From: a virus
DNA: 64,000 bases
Virus record (IMG/VR): IMGVR_UViG_3300037608_000032
Coordinates: 11,043 to 75,042 of that record
Direction: 5' to 3' (one strand)
Shown here: piece after piece, positions 36,785 to 46,727 of the stretch
How the letters are laid out: each line of letters starts with the position of its first letter
How positions within the stretch are numbered: position 1 is the stretch's first letter
Made by a program: the position numbers and the translations under genes
The notes under the pieces: model-generated
Databases searched by the model: none
Told to the model about the DNA's origin: nothing
The model's input: only the letters and a program-made list of their open reading frames with translations

Positions 36785-37342
36785 ATGGCCATCACGTCAG
36801 CAGCCAGAATCAAGGCCTTCATGGGGATCCCCGCTGGCCTGACCTACCATGACACGGTGCTCGGGTACGCGGCTACCGCAGCGGACGCGGTGGTCCTGCG
36901 AGCCCTTGACCAAGCGTCCTTGGCCGTGCTGACCATCCAGGAATACCCGGAGGTCTTCAACGCCGGGCAGGTGAGCGTGCTACTCAAGCACGCGCCCGTG
37001 GCCGGGATTGTCGCCATCACGAACGACGGAGCAGCCATCGGAGCGACTCAATACCGGCTTGACTCCGACGTCGGGCAGGTCACCCTGATGGACGGGAACG
37101 GGTACTGGTCACAGGAGCGCGAAGGTGCCGAGGTGATGTACGGGTACGGGTACGACTCCACGACGATTCCTGACGACATCGTAGCGGCGGCCGACTTCCT
37201 CGGAGCCTTCTTTTTCAACCGGACGAAGCACCTTGGCTTCGACTCGCAGGGCGCGTCCGGGTACTCGGTGAGCCTGTCGAAGGCCCCGATCCCTCCAGAA
37301 GTCCAGGCGATTCTCTCACGATACCAGGACGTCCACAGATAG
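36785..37342 (+). CDS. head-tail adaptor (gp6/gp15-like)
   Basis: Y.YGY....IPDDI..A, GYSVS, IPPEVQAILSRY. Confidence 0.8.
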   Translation: MAITSAARIKAFMGIPAGLTYHDTVLGYAATAADAVVLRALDQASLAVLTIQEYPEVFNAGQVSVLLKHAPVAGIVAITNDGAAIGATQYRLDSDVGQVTLMDGNGYWSQEREGAEVMYGYGYDSTTIPDDIVAAADFLGAFFFNRTKHLGFDSQGASGYSVSLSKAPIPPEVQAILSRYQDVHR

Positions 37343-37355
37343 GAGCTTGCAGGTG

Positions 37356-37721
37356 ATGGCAACTTTCAAGAGACCGACAAGACCAGCGGACAGGAATCTC
37401 GGGTACGTGGCGGGTGAACAGCTTCGACCTCGCCGAGAAGGCGGGTTCACGTTCGTCCAGGCCAGCGGGCCCCAAGCGAAGCGGCTCCTGACGAAGGACG
37501 GGTGGGGGCCTGTCGAGGAACCTTCCCCGGCGATACCCGAGTTCTTCACGGGCGGACCGGTTGAAGCCCCGGTAGTTGACTGCACCTGTTCGACACTTCC
37601 ACGGGACATCGCCGAGAAGGTCACCGAACCAGCGCCTGTAACAACCGGACTCACCGTGGATCTGGCGGGCAAGGTGTTGATGCAGCCCAAGTCGGGGAAG
37701 ACGCAGCGGATCAGAAGATAA
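37356..37721 (+). CDS. hypothetical protein
   Basis: AGGAG/AGGTG RBS. Confidence 0.5.
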   Translation: MATFKRPTRPADRNLGYVAGEQLRPRREGGFTFVQASGPQAKRLLTKDGWGPVEEPSPAIPEFFTGGPVEAPVVDCTCSTLPRDIAEKVTEPAPVTTGLTVDLAGKVLMQPKSGKTQRIRR

Positions 37722-38061
37722 GTTCTTCTTCCTCGGTGCCTTCCTGCCCATCGGCGTCATCGTCGGGGAAGACGTAGTCTATGCTGGGGTTCCAGCCACA
37801 CGAACAGGTGAATCCTCCGGCCATTGGGTTCCCGCACTTGCACCGCCAGACATGCCAGCTTTCGATAGCCGTTTCGCCGTGCTGCAGGGCTTCTTCTATT
37901 TCGTCACGTCCCGGTGGAAACTGCATACAAAAGTTACAGAACCACACGGACCGGGTCCGAAAGTCTTTGCTCGGGTCACCTGTCGTGTCAATGACTTTGA
38001 CTCTCTTTCCTCCTCCAGCAGAAGGAAAATTGAGCAAGTCTCCCTTTTTGTAGTCTGGCAT
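37711..38061 (-). CDS. Cys-rich hypothetical protein (AT-richer moron-like gene)
   Basis: GGAG RBS; CNFC, CKCG, CSCG; acidic tail. Confidence 0.6.
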   Translation of the reverse strand: MPDYKKGDLLNFPSAGGGKRVKVIDTTGDPSKDFRTRSVWFCNFCMQFPPGRDEIEEALQHGETAIESWHVWRCKCGNPMAGGFTCSCGWNPSIDYVFPDDDADGQEGTEEEELIF

Positions 38062-38079
38062 CGTTGCTCCGTTCGTTAA

Positions 38080-38095
38080 CGTAGTAGCTACTACG
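38080..38095. promoter_or_regulatory. palindromic double GCTACTAC motif between divergent genes
   Basis: perfect 16-bp palindrome CGTAGTAGCTACTACG. Confidence 0.65.
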
Positions 38096-38142
38096 GAATG
38101 ACGGCCGGGACGGACCCGGCCAACAACCCGAAGGAGTCCAAC

Positions 38143-39495
38143 GTGAAAAGAGTGCTCGTTACCGGAGGTGCGGGGTTCATCGGTTCCCACGTCGTCTCTC
38201 TCCTCCTTGACCATGGCTGCGATGTCATGTCCTACGATTGCCTGCTGCCCCAGGTCCATTCCGGCTTCTTCAAATGGCCGGAGTACCAGAAGCCCCAGGA
38301 ACACCTGACCCTCCACTACGAGGACGTTCGGAACGTCCCGGAGCTGACGAAGGCCCTGGCCGCGTTCCGACCCGACACCGTGATCCACCTCGCTGCCATG
38401 GTCGGAGTCGCCCAGTCCAACCACATGATCGCCCAGTACGTCAGCGACAACGTGACCGGAACAGCCTGCCTACTGGACCGGATCGCGGACTACAACCAGA
38501 CCGTGCGCGAGAACAAGGCCCGTCTCCAGGCCATCCGCGAGTGCCCCGTGGGTCCCGAGCCCGGCCAGACCCAGGCCGAAGCGGACGCCAAGTACCAGGC
38601 CCGCATGGCAAGCATCATCGCCGACCTGGAGGCCAAGCCCCAAGACGAGATCGAGCAGGTCCTTGTGGCCGGGTCGATGTCCTCCTACGGAGAAGGGGCT
38701 TACGGGCTGGATGACGAGGACCTCATGCGAGATCTCGATGGCGTCATGGAGTTCGACGGCGACGCCTACGTAAAGCCTCCGTCAGACTTCGTGCCGGGGA
38801 GCCTGACGAACCCTGACGGCTCCGTGGCCTGGGACGCTCCGGGCATGCACCCGATACCGACCGGGGAGCACGTCCATCTTCAGCCCGAGTCAGTCTACTC
38901 CTGGTCGAAAGCCCAGCAGGAAGAGCTTGCTCTCCTGGTCGGGCGCGTGCGCGGCATCGCCGTGAAGGTGGCGAGGTTCTTCAACACCTACGGCCCCAAC
39001 CAGGCCCTATCGAACCCATACACTGGGATCGGGGCCATCTTCTCGGCTCGGGTGCTCGCGGGCCTGAACCCCGTAGTCTTCGAGGACGGGCGTCAGCTCC
39101 GGGACTTCACGCACGTCTCGGACGTGGCCGAAGCCGTCCTGACCATCCTCGACAAGGGCGAGCCCGGCGAGGTCTACAACGTCGGCACGGGCGTACCGTC
39201 GTCCGTCCTGGACGTGGCCAAGGCCCTCTGCTCCGATACGCTGTGCCAGCCCGACATCACGGGCGTTCGTCGGGTGGGCGATATCCGGCACTGCTACGCG
39301 GACGCTTCGAAGCTCCGGGCCCTCGGGTGGGAGCCGAAGGTGAACCTTGAGGACGGCATGCGGATGCTTCGGGAATGGGTATCGACCCAGCGACCCGAGC
39401 TGACGGCGGAACTCCTCGACAAGGCCAACATGGAGCTGGACCGGTACGGGCTCCTGGTCATGTCCGAGCCGGCCGAAGATCAGGGCCAACAATGA
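38143..39495 (+). CDS. NAD-dependent nucleotide-sugar epimerase/dehydratase (extended SDR)
   Basis: VTGGAGFIG, HLAA, SMSSYGEG, YSWSK, NPYTG, EDGRQLRDF. Confidence 0.92.
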   Translation: MKRVLVTGGAGFIGSHVVSLLLDHGCDVMSYDCLLPQVHSGFFKWPEYQKPQEHLTLHYEDVRNVPELTKALAAFRPDTVIHLAAMVGVAQSNHMIAQYVSDNVTGTACLLDRIADYNQTVRENKARLQAIRECPVGPEPGQTQAEADAKYQARMASIIADLEAKPQDEIEQVLVAGSMSSYGEGAYGLDDEDLMRDLDGVMEFDGDAYVKPPSDFVPGSLTNPDGSVAWDAPGMHPIPTGEHVHLQPESVYSWSKAQQEELALLVGRVRGIAVKVARFFNTYGPNQALSNPYTGIGAIFSARVLAGLNPVVFEDGRQLRDFTHVSDVAEAVLTILDKGEPGEVYNVGTGVPSSVLDVAKALCSDTLCQPDITGVRRVGDIRHCYADASKLRALGWEPKVNLEDGMRMLREWVSTQRPELTAELLDKANMELDRYGLLVMSEPAEDQGQQ

Positions 39496-40058
39496 TTCCA
39501 GCCCCGGTCTTCCCCAAGTTCATCGCCTGCCTCGGTGGGTCCAACACGCTGGGCGTCCGCACGACGCGCGGGTATCCCGAGCACCTCCCAGCGATGTTTT
39601 CGCCTACCCCGTTCGTTTTCAACCGAGGCCTGGCCGGGGCGAAGACGCTGGACGTGCTCAGGCACCTGCCCGAAGACATGGCCTTGATGGACCGGGTAGA
39701 CACCGTGGTCTTCGGACTGCCGACCCACGATGCCCAGGGGACCGGGGTTCCCCCGTCAGAGCTTCGGGCGCTGGTAGAGGTCTTGCTTCACCAGCTTCTC
39801 CTGACCGAGGCCCGGATCGTGCTCTGCACGCCAACCCCGGTCGTAACCGCAAGCCCGGTTCGAGGGTTCGGGAGACCCTCCCGGCGATGGGTGGAAAAGG
39901 CTGTGCAGGTGATCGAGACTATTGGAGCCGAGCACGAGATCCCCGTGGTACGCTGGCACACGATGCCCCTGGGCTTGATGGCGGATGCCGTCCATCCGGG
40001 GCCGGGCGGGTGTCGCTGGCAAGCTGAACAGGTTGCCGCTGCGTTGAAGAACCCGTAG
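39492..40058 (+). CDS. SGNH/GDSL hydrolase or acyltransferase
   Basis: LGGSNT, NRGLAG, THD, DAVHP. Confidence 0.75.
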   Translation: MIPAPVFPKFIACLGGSNTLGVRTTRGYPEHLPAMFSPTPFVFNRGLAGAKTLDVLRHLPEDMALMDRVDTVVFGLPTHDAQGTGVPPSELRALVEVLLHQLLLTEARIVLCTPTPVVTASPVRGFGRPSRRWVEKAVQVIETIGAEHEIPVVRWHTMPLGLMADAVHPGPGGCRWQAEQVAAALKNP

Positions 40059-40076
40059 TCTCACGCTGGATTGACG

Positions 40077-40113
40077 AGGGCCGTACTTGGCAACAGGTGC
40101 GGCCCTTTTTCTT
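40077..40113 (+). terminator. intrinsic terminator
   Basis: agggccgtacttg-gcaa-caggtgcggccct + T tract. Confidence 0.8.
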
Positions 40114-40146
40114 GAGTCGGGGTAGACTGCCCCCAAGAGGTGCCTC

Positions 40147-40755
40147 ATGTTCGCTCTCACCAACATCCTGGTCAACTGGCGTAGGTCCACCGCCCTGGTG
40201 CTCGACTCCCGCACGCCAACGGGGACCATGGCCGCGTCACGGGCCCCTGTTCGTACTAGTTGCATTCAGGTGCAGCTAACTGGTACGCCTACCGGGACCG
40301 TAACCGTGGCGGGGTTGGTCGGGGGCGTGGCCGACACCGAGGTCTTGACGTGGGCTGGAGTCGCGGGGGCACGGGTCACGGTGAAGGAGTTCTCCACGGT
40401 GGCGTTCACCTCGTCACTCACCGGCGCTGTCAAGGTCGAAGCGTCGGCCGTCGGCATGGACGGGACCCCGCAGGCCGGGACCTACGCCGTCAGGTCAAGT
40501 TGGCCCGTGCAACTCGCAGCGCCGGGGTCTGGCCAGCGATGGCCTGGGCAGGTGCCTGGACATGAGCTGACTTCGGACCGGGTATGTCGGGTGCCCTACG
40601 AGGAGACGTGGGCTCCGCGTGAGGGAGACGTTGTGGACGTCGTGCAACCCGCCACAGGAGAGACCTTCCAGGTCTTCGGGCGGCCTACTGTGCAGGTCGT
40701 TGGGATGGTCCAAGACCACTGGCAGGTCAAGCTGACCCAGCAACAGGGGGCCTAA
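40147..40755 (+). CDS. putative head-closure/structural protein
   Basis: beta-rich, PREGD motif, position in neck region. Confidence 0.55.
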   Translation: MFALTNILVNWRRSTALVLDSRTPTGTMAASRAPVRTSCIQVQLTGTPTGTVTVAGLVGGVADTEVLTWAGVAGARVTVKEFSTVAFTSSLTGAVKVEASAVGMDGTPQAGTYAVRSSWPVQLAAPGSGQRWPGQVPGHELTSDRVCRVPYEETWAPREGDVVDVVQPATGETFQVFGRPTVQVVGMVQDHWQVKLTQQQGA

Positions 40756-40813
40756 CCGCATCGGAGTTAGGACCTTACAGGCGCTTGACGTTTCAGCATG
40801 AGGCAGGGAAGAT
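40752..40813 (+). promoter_or_regulatory. operator + promoter
   Basis: CTAAC-N9-GTTAG, 14 nt, TTGACG-N17-GAAGAT. Confidence 0.65.
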
Positions 40814-40842
40814 CGGGTAGTACTTTCAACCCCGAGGTTCTC

Positions 40843-42495
40843 ATGACCATGGCCGTTCCGTCCTTCCAGGACATCAAGGACGCAATCCTTTCGGGTTCCA
40901 TCCGGAAGATCCGTGATTTCATCTGGCAGCCCCTCCAGGATGCCTCTACTGACCTGACCGCGCTCGCTGGTGCGATGATCCGCAAGGGCACCGTCACCAC
41001 AAACGCCGACTTCCCCACTCTGGCCCTCGTACAGATCGGGTGGACGTACCGTGTCACCGCGATCGTCACCGACAACAATGCAGCCAAGACCAACACGGGC
41101 TTGGTGTTCGCCGCTGACGAACTGATCGTCTGGAACGGAACGACCTGGATCCGGATGACCCAGGCGATGGCTGACCATCTGGTCAACGTCAGCAACCCCC
41201 ACGTCGTCACGAAGGCGCAGATCGGGCTGACCGTTCCCCTCGACTACAAGGGCACCGTCACCGCCAACACGGACTTCCCCTTGCTCGCGGACGTCAAGGC
41301 CGGGTGGACCTACCGCACCACGGCGGCCGTGACCGACAACGACGCCACGAAGACGAACTCCGGGGTGGCCTTCGCGGCCAACGAACTGATCGTCTGGACG
41401 GCTGGCCCGAACTGGGAGCGCCTGAACCAGACCCCGGTGCTACACGGGTCCTCGCACATCGGCGGTGCGTCGGACGCCATCCCCGTGGCGGTCTCCGGCG
41501 GCGCTGCGGGCCTGATGGCCGGGGCGGACAAGGCCTCGCTCGACTCCCTGGTGACCGAAGGCGCGGGCTTCTGGAGCGACACTGCGGACGGAGCCATCGG
41601 CGTCGGGCGCTTCGTCGAGATCGACGGTGCGGGCGACCTCGTAGCCGGCTCGGTCGGCTCGGATTCCGTCGTCGGCGCAGGGCTCAACGCCGCGCCCGTG
41701 GTCGGGACCGACCCGATCGTCGTTGGCATCGGCAAGCGCTCCCTGGTTGCTGCTGACGCCATCCTGGCTGGGCAGGAACTCAAGTGCGGTGAAGCGGGCA
41801 TGGCCATCAGTGCGGTCACCACGAACAACGGACTCGCCAGTGCGGCCATGGGCGGCGGCGCGGGCATCGAGTACACGAACCAGCCGGCGAACGACCAGAT
41901 CACGATCGAATCTTCCGACGCGCTCGATATCGGAGTCCCGATCACGATCATCGGCACCACGAACGGCGGGGTTGTCGTTGTCGAGGAGATCCTCGCCACC
42001 GACGGCGCGGACGGAACCACCCCGGTAGACTCCGTGAAGGTGGACTGGGGCCTGATCCTCGCGGTCAAGAAGCCTGCGACCCTCGGCACGATCACGCTCA
42101 AGGAGAAGTCGGGCGGCCTGACGATCCGAGTCGTCCCGCTGGCGTCCACCACGGACGCGGTCATCGCCGTAGCCGCCGGGAATCAGCAGGCCTACAACGC
42201 GAAGCCGGAATTCGCGGCCGAAGCTGCCACCACGAAGGTGATCGGGTTCAAGCGGATCGCCACCACGGGCACGACCGAGACCTACGAGGGTGTCACCCTC
42301 AACGGCACGGCGAAACAGAAGCCGGCTACCGCGTCTCGCCGGGTGACCGAACTTTACGTCGGCGACCTCGAAGCGGCCCGCACGCTGGCGGTGACCACCA
42401 CGGCCACGGCGGATGCCCAGGAGATCCGCACCGGCCGGGCCTACTCCGCTGCGGCGGCTCGCGGGGATACCATCTCGGCGATCGTCCGCCCGTAG
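40843..42495 (+). CDS. virion decoration/head-fibre protein with duplicated ~50-aa module
   Basis: two KGTVT..DFP...GWTYR...ELIVW repeats, NPHVVTKAQIGL, capsid-cement-like end; capsid-like codon bias. Confidence 0.65.
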   Translation: MTMAVPSFQDIKDAILSGSIRKIRDFIWQPLQDASTDLTALAGAMIRKGTVTTNADFPTLALVQIGWTYRVTAIVTDNNAAKTNTGLVFAADELIVWNGTTWIRMTQAMADHLVNVSNPHVVTKAQIGLTVPLDYKGTVTANTDFPLLADVKAGWTYRTTAAVTDNDATKTNSGVAFAANELIVWTAGPNWERLNQTPVLHGSSHIGGASDAIPVAVSGGAAGLMAGADKASLDSLVTEGAGFWSDTADGAIGVGRFVEIDGAGDLVAGSVGSDSVVGAGLNAAPVVGTDPIVVGIGKRSLVAADAILAGQELKCGEAGMAISAVTTNNGLASAAMGGGAGIEYTNQPANDQITIESSDALDIGVPITIIGTTNGGVVVVEEILATDGADGTTPVDSVKVDWGLILAVKKPATLGTITLKEKSGGLTIRVVPLASTTDAVIAVAAGNQQAYNAKPEFAAEAATTKVIGFKRIATTGTTETYEGVTLNGTAKQKPATASRRVTELYVGDLEAARTLAVTTTATADAQEIRTGRAYSAAAARGDTISAIVRP

Positions 42496-42511
42496 TCTCT
42501 GACCTGTTCCC

Positions 42512-42549
42512 AGCCCCGGTCGGGTACGCCCTGGCCGGGGCTTTTCTTT
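42512..42549 (+). terminator. intrinsic terminator
   Basis: agccccggtcggg...cctggccggggct + tttcttt. Confidence 0.8.
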
Positions 42550-42594
42550 GCGAGCTACTACTTCGAGGAATCTTCAACCTCGTAGGAGTAGTCC

Positions 42595-45573
42595 ATGCCC
42601 CTTCCCGTAGATCAGGCTCACGATGTCCTGGTCATCATCCCCACCGTCGCCGTGCCCCGCGTGCTTGTGCCGGCATTCCAGAAGCTCTGCACGACCCTGG
42701 ACGGGCTACGGGTCCACGTCGTCCTGGCGGCCAACCCAAAGGACTCGGAAGCCGCTGGGGTAGCCCTTGATGAGTGCATCCGGATCTGGCGGTCCTACGA
42801 CCCCGCTGAGTGCCACCTCACGACCTACAACCACGGCGCGCTCGCAGGCTTTGGGGGAGCTATCAACCTCGGCCTGCGGGCAGTCCTTGGGGACCTGTCC
42901 AACGCCTGCACCGTGACCAAGACCTCCGGGGAATGCGGCGTGTTCTGGGGTGTGCCCCGCCTGACGGTCGTCTACAACGACGACCTTGTCGCAACGCCGG
43001 GATGGATCCAGGGCCTGCTACGAGCCCTCGACTCCGAGACGGTGTGCGAGTGGTCGGAGCTTCCGACCCAGGACCCCGGGACCAAGGGCTACACCCGCCC
43101 GATCCGTCGGATGGCCGACTACGGCAAAGTGGGGCTCGTAGGGCCCGCCTCGAACAACGCGGCGGGAATCCAGGGCCAATGCCAGGCCACGCTGAAGCAG
43201 ATTCAGGACAAGGGCTACGACCACTTCGCCGGGGAATGGGCGGAACAGAACGAGGGCAACGTCTTGACCGCTACCTTCCTGTCGGGCTTCTGCCTCGGTA
43301 TCACGCGGGAGTGCATGGAGGCCCTGACCGTCTACTCCGGCGATGGCGAGTTCTCCTGGCTCTTCGACGAACGGTTCAAGGTCGCTGGCTACGAGGACAA
43401 CGACCTGTGCATGCGTGCGGACCTTGCAGGGTTCCGTGCGGTAGTCGCTGGGGATGTCTTCGTGCCTCACATCGGACACCAGACTTTCGACGCCAGCTTC
43501 CCGGAGATGCGGCGTGGATTGGCAAATCGCCTCACCTACTACGACAAGTGGCGCGAGTGGGTCCAGGACCATGGACGGCGCACCGTGGCGGCCTACCGAG
43601 TGCGGTTCGACGTACCAGGGGACCTGGGGCTCTTTCGGGAGTCCCTCCGGCGATGTGCCTCCCTGGTTGATGGCGTGGCGGTGCTGCTGACCGGCAACCC
43701 GGCGGCGGTGCTCGACTCGGCAGAGTTCAAGTCGGCGGGCATGACCGCAGATAGTGACTTGCACCTGTGCCAACTTTGTGCAGCCAAGCCGGGGAACGCT
43801 CACGCCTATGTCTACGCCTGGGTTTCGCAGGTGCTCTACAAGACGGCGGGCTCGCGGTTCAGCCAGCCGAAGGTCGTCGAAGACGTCTTCGTAAAGGCCT
43901 CGGACTGGACGGCCCCGATGAACGAGCGAGACGAGCGCAACGTCCTCCTGGCGATGGCCGAGTCTATCAAGGCGGACTGGGTGCTCTCCATCGATCACGA
44001 TGAGGTCCTCGAACCCCGCCTCACCCGTGCTCATGTCGAGCGCATGATGCTTCACCCTGACCCCTTGGTCCAGTGCTGGGACCTGGCCTTCGTCAACCAC
44101 TGGGAGAATCCCCGCATGTACCGCGTGGACCGGCCTTGGGGAGACGGCGGAACGTGGACGGGCGGGATGCGAGGATACCGGTTCTATCGGGTCAACCACG
44201 CGGCCCCTCGTCGGATTCTCGCAGGGGGTCATGCCGGCTTGCACTGCGGCAACACCCCCGGAGTGGACCTGATGGCCAAGCGGGTTTCTGGGGTGCGTTT
44301 CAGGCACTTCGGCTACATGAATTCCCGAGATCGATTCCGGAAAGAACGACGGTACAACGTCCAGGACCCGACCCCTGACCCGCTCTTGGTCGGTGGCACG
44401 TCCTACGCCCACATCACGCGGGACGAAGCCATGGTGCTCTCCGCGTTCGTGCCCGAAAACGGGATCGGGCTCCACATGCTCATGCACGAGGGGGAGTCTG
44501 CGGACGACCTCGGACGGCTGTTGGATGGTCTCTACGCGGTAATGGACCGGGTGGTGCTCGTGTGGACGGGGAAGTGGCTGAACGGAGACAAGGAGTGGCT
44601 CGTTCACCCCGGCGATGTCAACATCGGGGACCCGGCGATTCTCGAAGACGCGGGATACTGGCCGATGTCGGGCCCCTCGGAAGCCGTCGCCAAGATGGCC
44701 GCGCACTTCGGGTGCGAGTGGCTTCATCATCCGTTGGCAGACGACCTCGGAGCGGCTCGCAACGCGGGGCTGGACGCTCTCCAGGGCACGCCTGGCATGG
44801 GTTGGGCCGTGTTCTTCGACCCTGACGAGCACGTTCCCCCACAGGCTCCCGTGGTCCTGCGACGGATGGCGGAAGCCGGGGACTGCTGGGGATGGATGTT
44901 CCGGTTCCGGAACACCTACCAGGACGGCACGGCCAATCAGTCAGAATCGGTTCGGATGTCCAGGCTGGATCCTGACCAGCGCATGCGCGTTCACGGGCGC
45001 GTGCATGAGGGCTTCTCGCGTGCGGTGCGCCAGCTCGTAGACGACGGGTTCGGCTCAGTGCTTCGGGTCTGCCCGTTCATCGTCGCCAACACCGGGCTCT
45101 CAAAGGACCCGGAAGAGATCCAGGCGAAGTTCGACCGTTACCGGCGACTCACCGAGCTTCAGCTTCAAGAAGACCCGAAGGACCCTGGCGCATGGGTCAC
45201 GCTCGGGTTGTACTGGGCAAACGAGGGATGTCATGACACGGCTGCGGAATGCTTCTCGCGCGGGGTGCTGTGCGCCGACAAGGAATACCTGCCCTTCCAG
45301 GAGCTTGGGCTTCACCTGCTCCGCCAGGCCCGAGACATGTTCGCGGAAGCCGTGGAGCGGATGTCGGGGCATCAGATGCAGGCCCCCTGGCAGGCAGTGG
45401 TGGACTTCGCAGACAAGGCGGCCCCACCCATGAAAATCATGGGCACCGTCGGGGAATTCTGGCACCGGGCATGGTCGGACGGAGAGGCCATGAAGACCTT
45501 GCCTGGATCCGAGCGACGTACCAGGATGGTCGATGGCGTGGAGTATCCAGACCTGACCGACCCCCGCGATTAG
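42595..45573 (+). CDS. multidomain GT-A/GT2 glycosyltransferase with TPR-like C-terminus
   Basis: GFGGAINLG/YNDD/GYEDND; ERN...IDHDE...HFGY; ARNAGL...FDPDE...GRVHE; DPGAWVTLG. Confidence 0.87.
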   Translation: MPLPVDQAHDVLVIIPTVAVPRVLVPAFQKLCTTLDGLRVHVVLAANPKDSEAAGVALDECIRIWRSYDPAECHLTTYNHGALAGFGGAINLGLRAVLGDLSNACTVTKTSGECGVFWGVPRLTVVYNDDLVATPGWIQGLLRALDSETVCEWSELPTQDPGTKGYTRPIRRMADYGKVGLVGPASNNAAGIQGQCQATLKQIQDKGYDHFAGEWAEQNEGNVLTATFLSGFCLGITRECMEALTVYSGDGEFSWLFDERFKVAGYEDNDLCMRADLAGFRAVVAGDVFVPHIGHQTFDASFPEMRRGLANRLTYYDKWREWVQDHGRRTVAAYRVRFDVPGDLGLFRESLRRCASLVDGVAVLLTGNPAAVLDSAEFKSAGMTADSDLHLCQLCAAKPGNAHAYVYAWVSQVLYKTAGSRFSQPKVVEDVFVKASDWTAPMNERDERNVLLAMAESIKADWVLSIDHDEVLEPRLTRAHVERMMLHPDPLVQCWDLAFVNHWENPRMYRVDRPWGDGGTWTGGMRGYRFYRVNHAAPRRILAGGHAGLHCGNTPGVDLMAKRVSGVRFRHFGYMNSRDRFRKERRYNVQDPTPDPLLVGGTSYAHITRDEAMVLSAFVPENGIGLHMLMHEGESADDLGRLLDGLYAVMDRVVLVWTGKWLNGDKEWLVHPGDVNIGDPAILEDAGYWPMSGPSEAVAKMAAHFGCEWLHHPLADDLGAARNAGLDALQGTPGMGWAVFFDPDEHVPPQAPVVLRRMAEAGDCWGWMFRFRNTYQDGTANQSESVRMSRLDPDQRMRVHGRVHEGFSRAVRQLVDDGFGSVLRVCPFIVANTGLSKDPEEIQAKFDRYRRLTELQLQEDPKDPGAWVTLGLYWANEGCHDTAAECFSRGVLCADKEYLPFQELGLHLLRQARDMFAEAVERMSGHQMQAPWQAVVDFADKAAPPMKIMGTVGEFWHRAWSDGEAMKTLPGSERRTRMVDGVEYPDLTDPRD

Positions 45574-45653
45574 TCCGTTACACCTGCACCGACTTATCGG
45601 GGCTGCGTCCTCGGACGTGGCCCTTCCCCTTTCCTGCGTGGTAGATTCTGGCC

Positions 45654-46253
45654 ATGAGATTCGACACGGCCAGCCTCCAGTTCACCTTGATCGCCTTGGA
45701 CCACTCCACGATGGCGATTCAACAGGCTGGTGAAGATGCCGTCCAGGCGGCCGGTGAAGTGCTCTTGCGCGAGTGCAAGAAGGCCGTGGGGCTTCGTGAC
45801 CACTCGTTGACAGACCTGGCCAAGATGGACCACCCCTATGCCCGTCGGCACGGGTCTATCCGAGTCCACACCGAGGCCCCCTGGCAGGTTCACCGCAAGC
45901 CCAGCCCGTTCAACGCCAAGCACCGAAACCAGACGGACACGCTCTACCGAGCGACCCAGGGGGCCTACTACCTGGCGAACGGACGGCCGATGTACGAGGT
46001 CAGGTTCAACCTCAACGACGCCCCGCACGCGCGCTTCGTGGTGGGCGGGACTCGCGTGATGCTTCCGAGAGACCCGCTCTGGATAACGGCCAACGACCCC
46101 AAGGTCCGCAAAGCCCTGATGGTCGGGATCATAAGGCGGCTCGGCAAGGAGCTCCGGACGAAGCTCGGGGTGAGGTTCGGCACGATGCCTGCCACGTCCA
46201 CCCGCACAACCAGGGGCTTCGGTGGCCACGTCGGGTCAACGGGTGTAAGGTAG
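45654..46253 (+). CDS. neck/tail completion protein (HK97 gp10-like)
   Basis: APHARFVVGGT..MLPR; basic; position. Confidence 0.65.
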   Translation: MRFDTASLQFTLIALDHSTMAIQQAGEDAVQAAGEVLLRECKKAVGLRDHSLTDLAKMDHPYARRHGSIRVHTEAPWQVHRKPSPFNAKHRNQTDTLYRATQGAYYLANGRPMYEVRFNLNDAPHARFVVGGTRVMLPRDPLWITANDPKVRKALMVGIIRRLGKELRTKLGVRFGTMPATSTRTTRGFGGHVGSTGVR

Positions 46254-46273
46254 CGACATCGCCGGAGTAGTCC

Positions 46274-46708
46274 ATGATCAACATCGCCCACGCCAAGCAG
46301 CTCGTCCGCCAGCTCCTGCTGAACACCCCGGCGGTGCAGGCGCTGGTAGGTGGGCACGTCTACGGAGCACACCCCCAGGACTCGGACGCCCCGGCCATCC
46401 CGATGCCGTGCGTCATCACCGACGTGCAGGGCGGGTCGTCGAACTACTGCGGTGGGATCCAGACCCTCTCCATGGATGTCTACGCCTACTCGCGGACGTC
46501 TCCAGATGAAGCCGACGCGGTGTATCAGCTCGTCTACGCCACGATGCACGCGGCCCGACTCGTCAACGCTACCACTCTGGCAGGCGGTGCCAAGGCGAAC
46601 TCGCAAGCCGGCGGGGCTCGGGAAGTCTCAAGGCCCGTCAACGGGTGGAACGAGGCCGTGTCGGCCTGGTACTCGCTCGGGAAGTGGGTAGTGGTCACGG
46701 CCGGGTGA
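46274..46708 (+). CDS. tail terminator (DUF3168-like)
   Basis: V.ALVGGHVY, P.PC, MDVYAY. Confidence 0.75.
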   Translation: MINIAHAKQLVRQLLLNTPAVQALVGGHVYGAHPQDSDAPAIPMPCVITDVQGGSSNYCGGIQTLSMDVYAYSRTSPDEADAVYQLVYATMHAARLVNATTLAGGAKANSQAGGAREVSRPVNGWNEAVSAWYSLGKWVVVTAG

Positions 46709-46727
46709 CCCGGCAAGGACGGACAGG

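Noticed and set aside
43018-44832. 604-aa minus-strand ORF
   Set aside because: Antisense shadow of the glycosyltransferase
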